A program made the position numbers and the translations under genes. Below are positions 8,683 through 18,557 of a DNA stretch of 64,000 bases, one piece after another; positions within the stretch are counted from its first letter, which is position 1; each line of letters begins with the position of its first letter. The notes under the pieces are model-generated. The model was not told the origin of the DNA and did not search any database. It was given only the letters and a program-made list of their open reading frames with translations. This DNA is from Planctomycetota bacterium (lineage in GTDB: Bacteria > Planctomycetota > SZUA-567), in the NCBI GenBank assembly GCA_031270145.1, contig JAISYD010000211.1, positions 1,632 to 65,631 on the forward strand, read 5' to 3'.

Positions 8683-9375
8683 TCACGCCCTCAGCTTTTT
8701 CAGGGCTACCCGCCGCTTAAGATAGTCGACCGTCTGGGAAGCCAGGAAGCAGGCGATGAAATACATCCCGCCCGCGAAGAGAACCAATCCGGGATAAAGC
8801 CCGGCGTTCTTGCCCAGATTGGCCGAGGTTCGGAAAAAATCCCCCAGGCCGATGATGTACACCAGCGAACTGTCCTGGAAAATTACGATGCTGTGGGTGA
8901 GGAGAACCGGAATCATGTTGCGAAACGCCTGGGGCAGAAGCACCAGCAGCATCACCTGGGATCGGGTCATGCCCAGGGCCAGGGCCGCCTTGGCCTGGGA
9001 ACGGGGAACGCTGTTAAGCCCGGCCCGGAAAATTTCCGCGTAGAAGGACGACTCGAAAATCACGAAGGCGGTGATGGCCGAAATCAGGCGGATGTCGGTT
9101 TCGGGCGCCAAATTGAGCAGATTGGCCACCACTTGGGGGACCACGAGATAGAACCACAGCAGGATCATGACCTTGGGAATGACGCGAAAAAAATTGATGT
9201 AGGACATGGCGAGCCAGCGGAGGGGCGGCAGCGGCGATACGGCGGCCACGGCCAGGACGACCCCGAACAGCATCCCCAGCGCCACCGCCACTCCGGTTAT
9301 CTGGAGGGTGAGCAGAGCCCCCCTCCATAGCAGCGGGGCGGTCTCCCATATCATCCCCCAATCGATTTCAATCAT
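8683..9375 (-). CDS. gltK: Glutamate/aspartate ABC transporter permease
   Basis: 230-aa HisM/GlnP-type permease. Second permease of the operon, with a 4-nt overlap with gltJ. Confidence 0.8.
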   Translation of the reverse strand: MIEIDWGMIWETAPLLWRGALLTLQITGVAVALGMLFGVVLAVAAVSPLPPLRWLAMSYINFFRVIPKVMILLWFYLVVPQVVANLLNLAPETDIRLISAITAFVIFESSFYAEIFRAGLNSVPRSQAKAALALGMTRSQVMLLVLLPQAFRNMIPVLLTHSIVIFQDSSLVYIIGLGDFFRTSANLGKNAGLYPGLVLFAGGMYFIACFLASQTVDYLKRRVALKKLRA

Positions 9376-10106
9376 GCCTTGGTCCTAGGGGTGGTGGACA
9401 GGCGGATGCGCCGCTCGACGAAACGCATGATTCCCAGGGTGATTAGGCAAAGGAAGACGTAGGCCAGGGTGATGGCGGTGAAGGATTCGTAGGAATAGGC
9501 GGAAAAATCAAGCAGCCGGTAAGCCTGGAACGTGAGGTCGATTAGGCCGATGGTGGAGGCGACCGCGGTGTTCTTTATCAGGTTCAGCGATTCCGAGGTG
9601 AGCGGGGGCATGATGATGCGGTAGGCGTTGGGCATGAGGATGTAGCGGTAGGTTTGGGCCAAGGTCATGCCCAGGGCCAGGGCGGCCTTGCGCTGTCCGC
9701 CGGACAGGGCCTCTATGCCGCTTCTGACCTGTTCGGCGATGCGCCCCCCGGTGAACAGCCCCAGGCAAATGACGGAAAAGACGAACGACTGGAGGGGGGG
9801 ATCGATCCGCTTCACCCAAATGCCCAGGTTGCGGGGCAACAGTTCCGGAGCCACCACGTACCAGAGGAAGAACTGGACCAGAAGCGGGATGTTCCGGAAA
9901 AACTCGACATAAAGGGTTCCCAGCAACCGCAGGAAACGGTTGGGGAGGGTTCGAAAAATGCCCACCAGGGAACCGGCGATGAATGCCAGGAGCCAAGCGC
10001 AAACAAACAGCGCCACCGTGTTCCGAAAACCTTCCAGCAACCACTGATAATACTTGACGCCCCCAAAGGGGGCGTCTTCGAAGAAAATACCCCAATTAAG
10101 CCCCAT
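9372..10106 (-). CDS. gltJ: Glutamate/aspartate ABC transporter permease
   Basis: 244-aa HisM/GlnP-type permease immediately downstream of the binding-protein gene. Confidence 0.8.
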   Translation of the reverse strand: MGLNWGIFFEDAPFGGVKYYQWLLEGFRNTVALFVCAWLLAFIAGSLVGIFRTLPNRFLRLLGTLYVEFFRNIPLLVQFFLWYVVAPELLPRNLGIWVKRIDPPLQSFVFSVICLGLFTGGRIAEQVRSGIEALSGGQRKAALALGMTLAQTYRYILMPNAYRIIMPPLTSESLNLIKNTAVASTIGLIDLTFQAYRLLDFSAYSYESFTAITLAYVFLCLITLGIMRFVERRIRLSTTPRTKA

Positions 10107-10124
10107 GCTAATCCTTTTTGGCCT

Positions 10125-11012
10125 TTATTGGAACGCCTTGTCATTGGGGTTGGCGAACAGTTTCTCGAGGGCGTCGGGAACTTCGAAGTTCATGTTCATT
10201 CCCCGGGGCGGGATGGGGTTTTGGAACCATTTCTTGAAAGATTCAAGCGCCTTGCCGGAGGTTTGGGCGTCGGCTATCACCTTGTCCACGAAAGCCTTGA
10301 ATTTTGGATCGCCCTTGCGCAGCATGCAGCCGTAAGCTTCGAAGCTTTGCGGGGTGCCGACGATTATCCAGTCGCCGGGATTGCGCGACTTGGCCCGTTC
10401 GCCGGCCAGGAGGGCGTCGTCTATGAAGAAGGCGTCGGCCCGGCCGGATTCCACCGCCCGGAAGGAATCGACGTGGTCGGTGAGACTGATGATGTTCACG
10501 TCAAGCTTTTTCTCATCCTTCATCTGGAAGGCGAGCCGTTCGGAAGTGGTGCCGCTGGTGACGGCCAGGGTTTTGCCCTTAAGATCGGGAAAATCCTTGA
10601 TCCCGGAATCCTTGTGGACGAGAAGGCGGGTTCCGATGATGAAGAGGGTGTTGGAAAAGGCCACCTGCTTCTGGCGTTCCAGGTTGTTGGTGGTGGAGCC
10701 GCATTCAAAATCATAGGTGCCGTTTTGCAACAGGGGAATGCGGTTCTGGGAAGTTATGGGGATCAGCTTGACCTTCAGGTTGGGCAGGCCAAGCTCTTTT
10801 TTAAGCGCTTCGACAATCAGGTTGGAATAGTCTTGGGAATAGCCGATGACATTCTGGTTGTTGTCGTAATAGGAAAAGGGGACGGATGATTCGCGATGGC
10901 CGACGATGACCTGGCCGGTTTCCTTGATGCGCGCCAGGGTGTCGGTGATTTCCCCGGCCCCGGCCAAACTGGCGGACAGACAAAGCAAGGTCAATAGAAT
11001 GATTTTTTTCAC
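10125..11012 (-). CDS. gltI: Glutamate/aspartate periplasmic binding protein
   Basis: GTG start preceded by GGAGGAGG, followed by a signal peptide. Long stretches match E. coli GltI as I recall it (VGHRESSVPFSYYDN, GYSQDYSN, KLIPITSQNRIPLLQNGT.DFECGSTTNN.ERQKQ, DDALLAGERAK, EAYGCMLRK.DP.FK, NPIPP...NMNFE). Confidence 0.85.
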   Translation of the reverse strand: MKKIILLTLLCLSASLAGAGEITDTLARIKETGQVIVGHRESSVPFSYYDNNQNVIGYSQDYSNLIVEALKKELGLPNLKVKLIPITSQNRIPLLQNGTYDFECGSTTNNLERQKQVAFSNTLFIIGTRLLVHKDSGIKDFPDLKGKTLAVTSGTTSERLAFQMKDEKKLDVNIISLTDHVDSFRAVESGRADAFFIDDALLAGERAKSRNPGDWIIVGTPQSFEAYGCMLRKGDPKFKAFVDKVIADAQTSGKALESFKKWFQNPIPPRGMNMNFEVPDALEKLFANPNDKAFQ

Positions 11013-11090
11013 GATTGTCCTCCTCCGGCTTCTTCAAGCGGTGTTCCCGGCCTTCCAGAGGCCGGGAAAAAAATGCCCGGATGCAAATGC

Positions 11091-11351
11091 CTATTTACGA
11101 ACCGTCGGGTCGCCGCCCCGGCCGATAGCCAATCCAATCACCCGCCCGGGGTTATAAAAAATGGCGCCCGCCGCGTTTATTGAAAACCCGTCTACGCAAT
11201 ATCTCTTTCCCGAAATTGTCAAGCCAATTTGGGCTCCGGCCCGATATGGAATCCGGAAACCATTATAGCCAACCCCGATAATTATGTCAACCGTGGGATT
11301 TTCAAAAACGGCCGCCGTCGTTTTTGGGGAAGGTCCGAAGGTTGCCCCCAT
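11091..11351 (-). CDS. Hypothetical small protein (weak call)
   Basis: 86-aa ORF with Gly/Ile-rich, beta-like composition and no clear RBS. It is the only plausible ORF in this AT-richer stretch upstream of gltI. Confidence 0.3.
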   Translation of the reverse strand: MGATFGPSPKTTAAVFENPTVDIIIGVGYNGFRIPYRAGAQIGLTISGKRYCVDGFSINAAGAIFYNPGRVIGLAIGRGGDPTVRK

Positions 11352-11469
11352 GTCTTTTTATTCACTTTACAGTTTTGGGCTTCCGCTCCCGCGAATGTTT
11401 TTTGGCCAGGCCGCTTGTTTTCCCGGGCCGGCAAAAAACAATCTCCTTGCGATGCAAGGCGTTATAAAC

Positions 11470-11510
11470 TTTAAAGGAAATCGGGCGGCGGCCGGCGAGA
11501 TTTTTTTAAA
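11470..11510. repeat. Degenerate member of the TTTAAAGGAAATC hairpin family
   Basis: tttaaaggaaatc (11470..11482), 16-nt centre gggcggcggccggcga, then gatttttttaaa (11499..11510). Confidence 0.45.
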
Positions 11511-11754
11511 AGCCAACAAGGAAATCGGCGAAGTATTTTGATATGGCCGGCCGTACGGTGTTGGCCAGCGGGTTTTTGGATACGCTTTCGGGCGGACGAA
11601 GATCGGGCCGCTGGCCGAGATCGATTACGCCGGCCGGCGGTCACCGAGACCGGCGGGCCTTCCGCCCTCCGGGTGAATTCGGCCGGCTGCCACTCGCTCC
11701 GCTCCGGCCTGGGGGTGCGGCTCGCCCACGCCGCCGGCTCCCGCTCCGCCTTTT

Positions 11755-12040
11755 TTACGGATACTTGTTAAAATCCCTTGGATTGGAAGGCTTGAACAAG
11801 CCCTTGTCCTCCATCGACGCCCAGAACATTCCGTTCAGGTACAAACCCGCGCAGGTAAAGGCTACGAACCCGGCCGCCATCAGAAGGTTGATCTCAAGGG
11901 CGGCGCCAGCCGCCAACCCGGCGAATCCTCCGATCAATATTCCCACGGCCGTGGTTATGCCGTTCGAGGACGACTCCGTTTTCTGAACCGAGACTTTTTT
12001 CGAACCGACGAATCTCTTGGTGCTCATCGTCGTACTCATG
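11755..12040 (-). CDS. Small membrane protein with glycine-zipper-like helix, hypothetical
   Basis: ATG at 12040 is preceded by AAGGAG. 95 aa, MSTTMSTKRF...GILIGGFAGLAAGAALEINLLMAAGFVAF. The ORF-track start at 12099 is less likely. Confidence 0.5.
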
Positions 12041-12193
12041 GCTTTCTCCTTTTCGAAATCGGGATAAGCCGGCGTTGCATGGCGAACGCCGGTTATCAAT
12101 CTCCCGCGGTTGGCTCTTTACTAAATGCCGGATCATCGGGTTGGACGACGGTTCCGGCTTTCGCGCCTATCCATTATATATATGTCGGAACCC

Positions 12194-13912
12194 CTAGCGT
12201 TTCCTCCACGCCTGGCCATGCGCGGTCGTCTTGCGGGCCGCGAAATCGAACGCTGACTTGACGGCGATGTTCGTGATCGCGATAAGCATGCCCATGGCGG
12301 CGGCGGCGGCGGTGTCGCCGGCGTCGTCCATGTTCACCACCGCCACCGAGGCCAGGGCGGTGTCCGGCGTGTACAGGAAAATCACCGCCGACACCGTGGT
12401 CATGGAGCTGACGAAGTAGAATCCGGCGATATCCAATACCGCCGGGAGGCAAATGGGAAGGGTGACGCGAAGGAAGGCGGTGTAAAACGGGATCGCCAGG
12501 GATTCCGCCGCCGCCTCGAACTCCAAATCGAGTTGCCGCAGGGCGGTGGAGGCGGTCAGGAAGCCGACGGTGTAAAAGTGCACGATGTTGCAAATCACGA
12601 GGAGGGCCATGGTGCCGTAAAGGCCGAACAGGGGGTTGGGGATTTCCAGGCCGAACAGGCGCAGGCTGGGCGAGTTGAACAGAAAGATATAGGCGAGACC
12701 GATGACCAGGCCCGGCAGGGCCAGCGGCACGAGCGAGAGAAGCGAGGCGAACCGCCGCAACGTCCGCGAATCCCGGGTCTTTTCGATTAGATAAGCGGAA
12801 CCAAAGGTCAAGGCGGTCCCGAAGACGGCGCTGTAGGCGGCGAGACGCAGACTGTTCCAGAACGAGGCGTATCCGCCGCCGCCATAATGCGAAAAGTCGT
12901 AATGCCACAATCCCGGCCGCAGGTTGTAGGGCCAGGACTTGACGACGGACGCCAGCCCGGCGGAGGCGAATACCGCGAGTATCGCCCCGGCCGCCAGGGC
13001 GCAAAAGACGAAGCCAGCCGCGTCGCGGCGCTTGCTTTTCGCCGGACGCAGCGGCGCCGCCCGGGAGCCGATCGCCGCGTTGTGCCGCCGCCGAACCCAA
13101 CTGTCGGCCAGAAAGGCGAGAAGGGTGGGGGCAATCATGACGAGGCTCACCGTCGCCCCCATGTTGAAGTTTTGCTGCCCCACGACATGTTTGTAAATGT
13201 CGGTGGCCAGGACCGGGTAATTGCCGCCCACGACCTTCGGGGCCCCGAAGTCGGTGAACACCATGGTGAAGGAGACGAAGGCGGCGCTGACAAGGCCATG
13301 CCGGGCGCCCGGAATCGTTACGGTCCAGAAAATTTCCGGACCGCCGGCGCCCAGCGATTCCGCCGCCTCGTACAGGCGGGCGTCGCCGTCGTCGAGGGCG
13401 GCGAGGAGGATCATCGCCGCCGGGGGAAAGGCGAGGATGGCCTCGGCCAGAATGATGCCGGTGGAACCATACAGCCCGATGTCCGCCGAGAGAAACGGGA
13501 GGCGGTCGAAAAACCCGGTGGTTATCAACCCCTTCTTGCCGAACAGGTACAGCAGGGAGATCCCCGCAAGCATGGAGGGGGCGTATAGCGGCAGCATGGC
13601 CAATTGCCGGAAAACCGGCTTCAGGGGCATGGCGGTGCGGGTGACGGCGTAGGCGAACGCGAATGCCGGGGGCACGGTGATCGCGGTGGCCGCGACCGAC
13701 ACATAGATGCTGTTCCACAACGCCCGGCTGAGGGATGGGCTGCCGAAAAAGGCGGCGAAATTGGCGAAACCCGCGTAACCCCCGTCGGCGTCGGACAGGC
13801 TTTTGACCGCCAATTCCGCCAGCGGCAGCGCGAGTCCGATCCCGAGGAAGGCGACGGAACCCCACAAGAGGGCTTTTCTCAGCGCCTCGGAGCCGCTCCC
13901 CGGGCCCGCCAT
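12194..13912 (-). CDS. 2-aminoethylphosphonate-type ABC transporter fused permease (12 TM)
   Basis: 572-aa duplicated CysW/PotB-like permease. TGATG overlap with the upstream ATPase gene. Lies in a locus with phnW and phnX. Confidence 0.8.
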   Translation of the reverse strand: MAGPGSGSEALRKALLWGSVAFLGIGLALPLAELAVKSLSDADGGYAGFANFAAFFGSPSLSRALWNSIYVSVAATAITVPPAFAFAYAVTRTAMPLKPVFRQLAMLPLYAPSMLAGISLLYLFGKKGLITTGFFDRLPFLSADIGLYGSTGIILAEAILAFPPAAMILLAALDDGDARLYEAAESLGAGGPEIFWTVTIPGARHGLVSAAFVSFTMVFTDFGAPKVVGGNYPVLATDIYKHVVGQQNFNMGATVSLVMIAPTLLAFLADSWVRRRHNAAIGSRAAPLRPAKSKRRDAAGFVFCALAAGAILAVFASAGLASVVKSWPYNLRPGLWHYDFSHYGGGGYASFWNSLRLAAYSAVFGTALTFGSAYLIEKTRDSRTLRRFASLLSLVPLALPGLVIGLAYIFLFNSPSLRLFGLEIPNPLFGLYGTMALLVICNIVHFYTVGFLTASTALRQLDLEFEAAAESLAIPFYTAFLRVTLPICLPAVLDIAGFYFVSSMTTVSAVIFLYTPDTALASVAVVNMDDAGDTAAAAAMGMLIAITNIAVKSAFDFAARKTTAHGQAWRKR

Positions 13913-15093
13913 CAGTCAATTCCGTCCAGGGGCGGCGTTTCATCCGGTTCGGCGCGGTCGAAGCAGAGAAGGGATTCGGCCGGCAGGGACACGGTGACGC
14001 ACTCGCCGGACCGCAAGCGGAGAAACGCGTATTCCCGGGGGGGCACGATCGCGTCTAGCCGTTGCGCCCGGGTGGACCGGTTGTTGGGTATTTTCAGGGT
14101 CACCCGGTAGGAGGAACCCTTGAATTCCACCGCCTCCACATGGGCGATCAGTTGATTGGCGCCGAAGCCGTCGCGGCCGATCCGCACATCCTCCGGCCGG
14201 ATGGCGAGGGTGATGTTGACCTTGCCGCTTTCCGGATATCCGGCCAGCGCCAGCGAACAGGAGCCGTACCGCGCCAGGCCGGACTCCAGCCGCCACCTCG
14301 GAAGAAAGTTCATGGAACCGATGAAATCCGCCACGAAAGGGGTGGAGGGAAGGCGATAGATCTCCTCGGGGCTGGCGAATTGCGCCAGGCCGCCGTTCAC
14401 CATGACCACCACCCGGTCGGCCATGGTCAGCGCCTCCTCCTGATCATGCGTCACCATGACGGCGGTGATGCCGAGGCGCCGTTGGAGCGATCGGATCTCC
14501 CGGCGCAGGTCGGCCCGCACCTTGGCGTCGAGGGCGGAGAGGGGCTCGTCCAGGAGCAGCATGGCCGGTTCGGTGGCGAGGGCGCGGGCGAGGGCGATGC
14601 GCTGCTGCTGCCCGCCCGACATCTGGGCCGGATATTTTCCCGCGCATTCCTCCAGTCCCACCAGCGACAGGAGCTCCCCGGCGCGCCGCCTGACGTCGCG
14701 CCGGCTCCAACCCGGCCGCCGTATGCCGAAGGCGACGTTCCGCATGGCGTCGAGGTTGGGGAAGAGCGCGTAGGACTGGAACACTATGCCGACGCCCCGG
14801 CGCGAAACCGGGGCGTCGGTGACGTCGAACCCTTCGATGCGGACCGTGCCGGAATCCGGCTTTTCAAGGCCGGCGATGACGCGGAGAAGCGTTGTCTTGC
14901 CGCATCCCGAGGGGCCGAGGATGCACACGAATTCGCCCTTGCCGACCGTCAGGGTCACATTTCGGAGCGCCGGGAAGGCGCCGAAACGTTTGTTGATCCC
15001 CGATATTTCCAGGCTCCGCCCGGCGAATCCGGCCGCCGGGCGGGGCGAATCGCCGGCGCCGATCAATTCAGCGGGATTCGCTCTTGCCGTCAT
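13912..15093 (-). CDS. 2-aminoethylphosphonate-type ABC transporter ATPase
   Basis: Walker [10 protein letters not shown], signature [15 protein letters not shown], Walker [12 protein letters not shown], plus a C-terminal TOBE-like regulatory domain. Confidence 0.85.
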   Translation of the reverse strand: MTARANPAELIGAGDSPRPAAGFAGRSLEISGINKRFGAFPALRNVTLTVGKGEFVCILGPSGCGKTTLLRVIAGLEKPDSGTVRIEGFDVTDAPVSRRGVGIVFQSYALFPNLDAMRNVAFGIRRPGWSRRDVRRRAGELLSLVGLEECAGKYPAQMSGGQQQRIALARALATEPAMLLLDEPLSALDAKVRADLRREIRSLQRRLGITAVMVTHDQEEALTMADRVVVMVNGGLAQFASPEEIYRLPSTPFVADFIGSMNFLPRWRLESGLARYGSCSLALAGYPESGKVNITLAIRPEDVRIGRDGFGANQLIAHVEAVEFKGSSYRVTLKIPNNRSTRAQRLDAIVPPREYAFLRLRSGECVTVSLPAESLLCFDRAEPDETPPLDGID

Positions 15094-16093
15094 AGCGTTT
15101 GCTCCACTCGGCGAGGACGCGGTCGCGTTCGGACGCCGCCTTGGCGAGATCGTTCTTGATGATGAGGGACACGGGATCGGCGGGATAGCCTTCGGGTACG
15201 GGTAAGCCGCTTTCGATCGACGTGATGGGGTAGATGGACGCGTACATCCTCATAACATCCTCCCCGAGGGCGAAGTCGAGGAAGGTTTTGGCCGCGTCCT
15301 TGATTTTCGCCTTCCTCACCAGGGCATTGGCCTCGAGATCCCAGCCGGCTCCGGAAGCGGGCCACACCGTTTCCACCGGCTCGCCATTGGCTTTTTGCTT
15401 GAGCCCCCGGTAGCCGAAGGAAATTCCTATCACCGCTTCGCCCTGGCCGGCCATCTTGGCCGGTTTCGAGCCGGAATGGGTGTATTGCATGATGTTTCGG
15501 TGCAACTGGTCGAGGTAGTTCCAGGCCTCCCTCTCGCCCATGAGTTGAATGAGGGCGGAGACGGTCAGATAGCCGGTACCGGAACTGGCGGGGTTCGGCA
15601 TGGCGATCAGGCCCTGGTAGGCGGGATTGAGGAGATCGCGGTAGTCCCCGGGCATGGGCAGGCCAAGTTTTTTCAACTCGATCGTGTTGACGACGATGCC
15701 GGTTTCCCAAGCCTTGATCCCGACCCAGGCGGGAGGATTGGCGGCGTCCCGAAGCATGGGGTTCACCTTTTCCAGGCGTTTCGGGGCATACGGTTCAAGC
15801 ATGCCCCGCTTTTCGGCCAGGATGAGGCCGGTGGCGGCGAGTCCCCACACCACGTCGGCCCGGGGATTGTTCTTTTCGGCCAACAGCTTGGCCGTGACGA
15901 TGCCGGTGGAGTCGCGGACAATCTTGACCTCGATGTCCGGGCGCTGTTTTTTGAACAGTTCGAGGTAGCCAGGGTACTCGTCGTCCTCCAGGGCGGTGTA
16001 TACCACGATGGCTTCGCCGGCGGAGGGACGGCCCGCCGGCGCGAGGCAGAACATCGTTCCAAGAACCAAGGACATCAATACGGTTTTTCGCAT
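15068..16093 (-). CDS. 2-aminoethylphosphonate-type ABC transporter periplasmic binding protein
   Basis: Probable start is [21 protein letters not shown] (signal peptide). Fe3+/thiamine-like SBP fold ([11 protein letters not shown]...VVWG). Adjacent to phnX. Confidence 0.8.
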   Translation of the reverse strand: MRKTVLMSLVLGTMFCLAPAGRPSAGEAIVVYTALEDDEYPGYLELFKKQRPDIEVKIVRDSTGIVTAKLLAEKNNPRADVVWGLAATGLILAEKRGMLEPYAPKRLEKVNPMLRDAANPPAWVGIKAWETGIVVNTIELKKLGLPMPGDYRDLLNPAYQGLIAMPNPASSGTGYLTVSALIQLMGEREAWNYLDQLHRNIMQYTHSGSKPAKMAGQGEAVIGISFGYRGLKQKANGEPVETVWPASGAGWDLEANALVRKAKIKDAAKTFLDFALGEDVMRMYASIYPITSIESGLPVPEGYPADPVSLIIKNDLAKAASERDRVLAEWSKRYDGKSESR

Positions 16094-16128
16094 GGCGTTC
16101 TCCTTTTTGCGGTCGGGTGGAATAAGCC

Positions 16129-17052
16129 TCATTCGCGAGCGGCAACCGCCGACGCGGTTGGTCGTTCAAGGGGGGCGATCGATTGGCGATTGTTCCGCGT
16201 CCGCCGGCTTTTCGGCGATGGCCCCGGCGACAATCCCGGTTTTTCCGGATGACGTCCCTTCTCGATAGCCAGGCGCGCGGCCGACAATACGAGCGGCATG
16301 TCGGCCAGGGAATCAATCACCATATGCGCCCCGGCTTCAGCCATTTTCCCGCGGACGGGGATAAGGGACGCCTCCAGCTCGGCCTTCGTCATTTTTTCAA
16401 CCGCCCGGCGCGAAAGACCGAGCAGATTGCCGGTCATGGCCACGCCAACCGTCCACACTCCGGCATTGAGTCCGGCCTCGATGTCGGCGATGGTGTCGCC
16501 GATCTTAATGACGGCGGACGGCGGATACGCGTTGGCCGCCTCCATGCAACGGAAGATCATCCACGGCGCCGGCCGGCCGGCCGGAACCTCGGCGGCGCAG
16601 CGGGAAAAATCGAAGGTCAAGCCCCGCCTCTTCGCGGCGGCCAGGACAATGTCCGTCATCGGCCGGTTGTACCCGGTCGTGGCCGCGACCTTGATCTTTA
16701 GCGACCGGCATAGTTCCACCGCCTCCGCCGCGCCGGGAACGACCTCTGAATGGGCCTCCAGCAATTCGGTTTGGATAGGCATGAATTCCTTGAACAGCAT
16801 GTCCAGGTCCGCGGCGGTGGAATCGCGGCCGTGTTGCTTTCGCCATTGCGCGGCTATCGGCGGCAGGGAAAGCATGCGTTCGAGGTGATCGCGCTTGTCC
16901 ATGCCCATGGGCCCGCGGGTTTCGGCTTCCGAGGCGATCACCCCATGCCGGCCGAAAACTTCGATGAACGCCGCGAGGGGGGCCCGGCTGCCATAATCGA
17001 CGGTGGTGCCGGCCAAGTCGCAGACAACCAGGGAGACGGGGTTGGTTTTCAT
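16129..17052 (-). CDS. phnX: Phosphonoacetaldehyde hydrolase (phosphonatase)
   Basis: HAD motif [13 protein letters not shown], catalytic-Lys region [10 protein letters not shown], and GRPAPWM...[15 protein letters not shown]. Carries a roughly 40-aa Arg/Pro-rich C-terminal tail of uncertain reality. Confidence 0.9.
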   Translation of the reverse strand: MKTNPVSLVVCDLAGTTVDYGSRAPLAAFIEVFGRHGVIASEAETRGPMGMDKRDHLERMLSLPPIAAQWRKQHGRDSTAADLDMLFKEFMPIQTELLEAHSEVVPGAAEAVELCRSLKIKVAATTGYNRPMTDIVLAAAKRRGLTFDFSRCAAEVPAGRPAPWMIFRCMEAANAYPPSAVIKIGDTIADIEAGLNAGVWTVGVAMTGNLLGLSRRAVEKMTKAELEASLIPVRGKMAEAGAHMVIDSLADMPLVLSAARLAIEKGRHPEKPGLSPGPSPKSRRTRNNRQSIAPLERPTASAVAARE

Positions 17053-18191
17053 TCGGGGATCTTTCCCGGGGCCATGGCGACGCCCATTTTCGCCAGCGAC
17101 CTGCGCATGGCGTCGATGAGGCAGGAGACATCGGACGGAGCGATGCGGCCGACGTTGCCGACGCGGAAGAGATCGGCGTTGTCGACCTTTCCCGGATAAA
17201 TGACGAAACCGTCGTCCCTGAGGAGGTTGTAGAAATTGTCAAAGGAGAAGGCGGTATTTCGCGGATACCGGAAGGAGGTTATTATCCAGCCGTGGTCGTC
17301 CGGGGCGAGATATTCCTCGAAGCCGAGTTCGGCCATTCCCTCCCTCAGGGTCCGGCAATTCCGGCGGTAGCGCTTCATCCGGGCCTCCACGCCTCCCTCC
17401 GCCTCCAGTTCGAGAAGCGCCCGATGGAAGGCGAGGACGGCGTGGACGGGGGGCGTGTAGCGGAACTGCCCGTTCCTCCGCATGTCCTCGTTTTGCGCGT
17501 GCAAATCCAGGCACAGGCTGCGGGCATTGCCGGCGCTGGCCGCCAGGGCCTTGTTCTCGACTATGACGAAGGAGAACCCGGGCACGCCCTCGACGCATTT
17601 GTTGGCCGAGGAGACGAGCCAGCGGATATCCCACTTGTCAATCTTTATCTCCGCCGCCCCGAAGCTGGACATGGCGTCGACGATGAAGACGCGCTTCCGC
17701 TTGGAGACGATTTTGCCGACCTCCTTGACCGGGTTGAAAATGCCGGACGCCGTTTCGCAATGGACCATGGCCACGTGGGTGATGCCGTCGTCGTTTTTCA
17801 GCCTTTCCCCGACGTCCTCCGGCTTGACGGGGGCGTTTTCCGGATAGTCCAGCGTTTCCACCGGCATGTTCATGACCCGGGCCATATCGGAGATGCGTTT
17901 GCCGTAGGCGCCGTTGATTGCGACCAAAAGCTTGCCACCCTTTTTGGGAACGGCGCAACCGACGGCCGCCTCCACGCCCATGCTGCCGCAGCCTTGCATC
18001 AGGACAACGGTGTATTTGTCCCCGTCCACCTCCGCCAGATCGAGAAGCCGTTTTTTGACGTCGAGGACGATTTTCAGGAAATCGGCGTCCCGGGCGCCGA
18101 GATCGCGCAACATGGCCGTCTTCACCGCCGGACTGGTGGTCAAGGGGCCGGGGGTGAACAATATCTTGTCCTTCCATGACTCGCGCGGCAT
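17049..18191 (-). CDS. phnW: 2-aminoethylphosphonate:pyruvate aminotransferase
   Basis: Class-V aminotransferase (FTPGPLTTSPAVKTAML; SSANKCVEGVPGFSF with the PLP lysine). ATG 18191 has GGGAGG 8 nt upstream. 4-nt overlap with phnX. Confidence 0.9.
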   Translation of the reverse strand: MPRESWKDKILFTPGPLTTSPAVKTAMLRDLGARDADFLKIVLDVKKRLLDLAEVDGDKYTVVLMQGCGSMGVEAAVGCAVPKKGGKLLVAINGAYGKRISDMARVMNMPVETLDYPENAPVKPEDVGERLKNDDGITHVAMVHCETASGIFNPVKEVGKIVSKRKRVFIVDAMSSFGAAEIKIDKWDIRWLVSSANKCVEGVPGFSFVIVENKALAASAGNARSLCLDLHAQNEDMRRNGQFRYTPPVHAVLAFHRALLELEAEGGVEARMKRYRRNCRTLREGMAELGFEEYLAPDDHGWIITSFRYPRNTAFSFDNFYNLLRDDGFVIYPGKVDNADLFRVGNVGRIAPSDVSCLIDAMRRSLAKMGVAMAPGKIPE

Positions 18192-18557
18192 GGCGATTGA
18201 CCTCCCTTGGGGGAACACCGGTCCCGTATCGGCGCCGGATCGTATTTGGACCACGAGCGGGAGTATATCCCCGATTGTTGGAAAATTATGAGGATAGGGT
18301 TGGAAACGCGTTATTTCCGATCTCCGCAACGAGGGCGGATTTTTCCCGGATGCGGTTCAATCCGCCGGGAGTTTCCCGGCGATCCTTTTCCCGGCGTCGT
18401 CCCGCCCTTGCCGAAGCCCCGCCTTCAGGCTTCGCCGCCGGGATTAATTATGGCAATTTGAACGCCGTTTTGGCCGACAAATAATAAGGGAACCTCATAC
18501 GGTCTTTTGGATGTTCCCCAAGCATCTCCATTCCGTCGGGAAGGGAACTATAAGTCC

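Noticed and set aside
11046-11069. GC-rich hairpin cccggcc-ttccaga-ggccggg upstream of gltI, considered as an intrinsic terminator.
   Set aside because: On the plus strand it is followed by an A-run. On the minus strand the U-run precedes the stem. Neither orientation gives a canonical hairpin-then-U terminator.
12174-13943. 589-aa minus-strand ORF overlapping the 572-aa permease ORF in another frame.
   Set aside because: The translation is Arg/Gly/Pro-rich with no TM helices. The 12194..13912 frame gives a coherent 12-TM ABC permease with coupled junctions.
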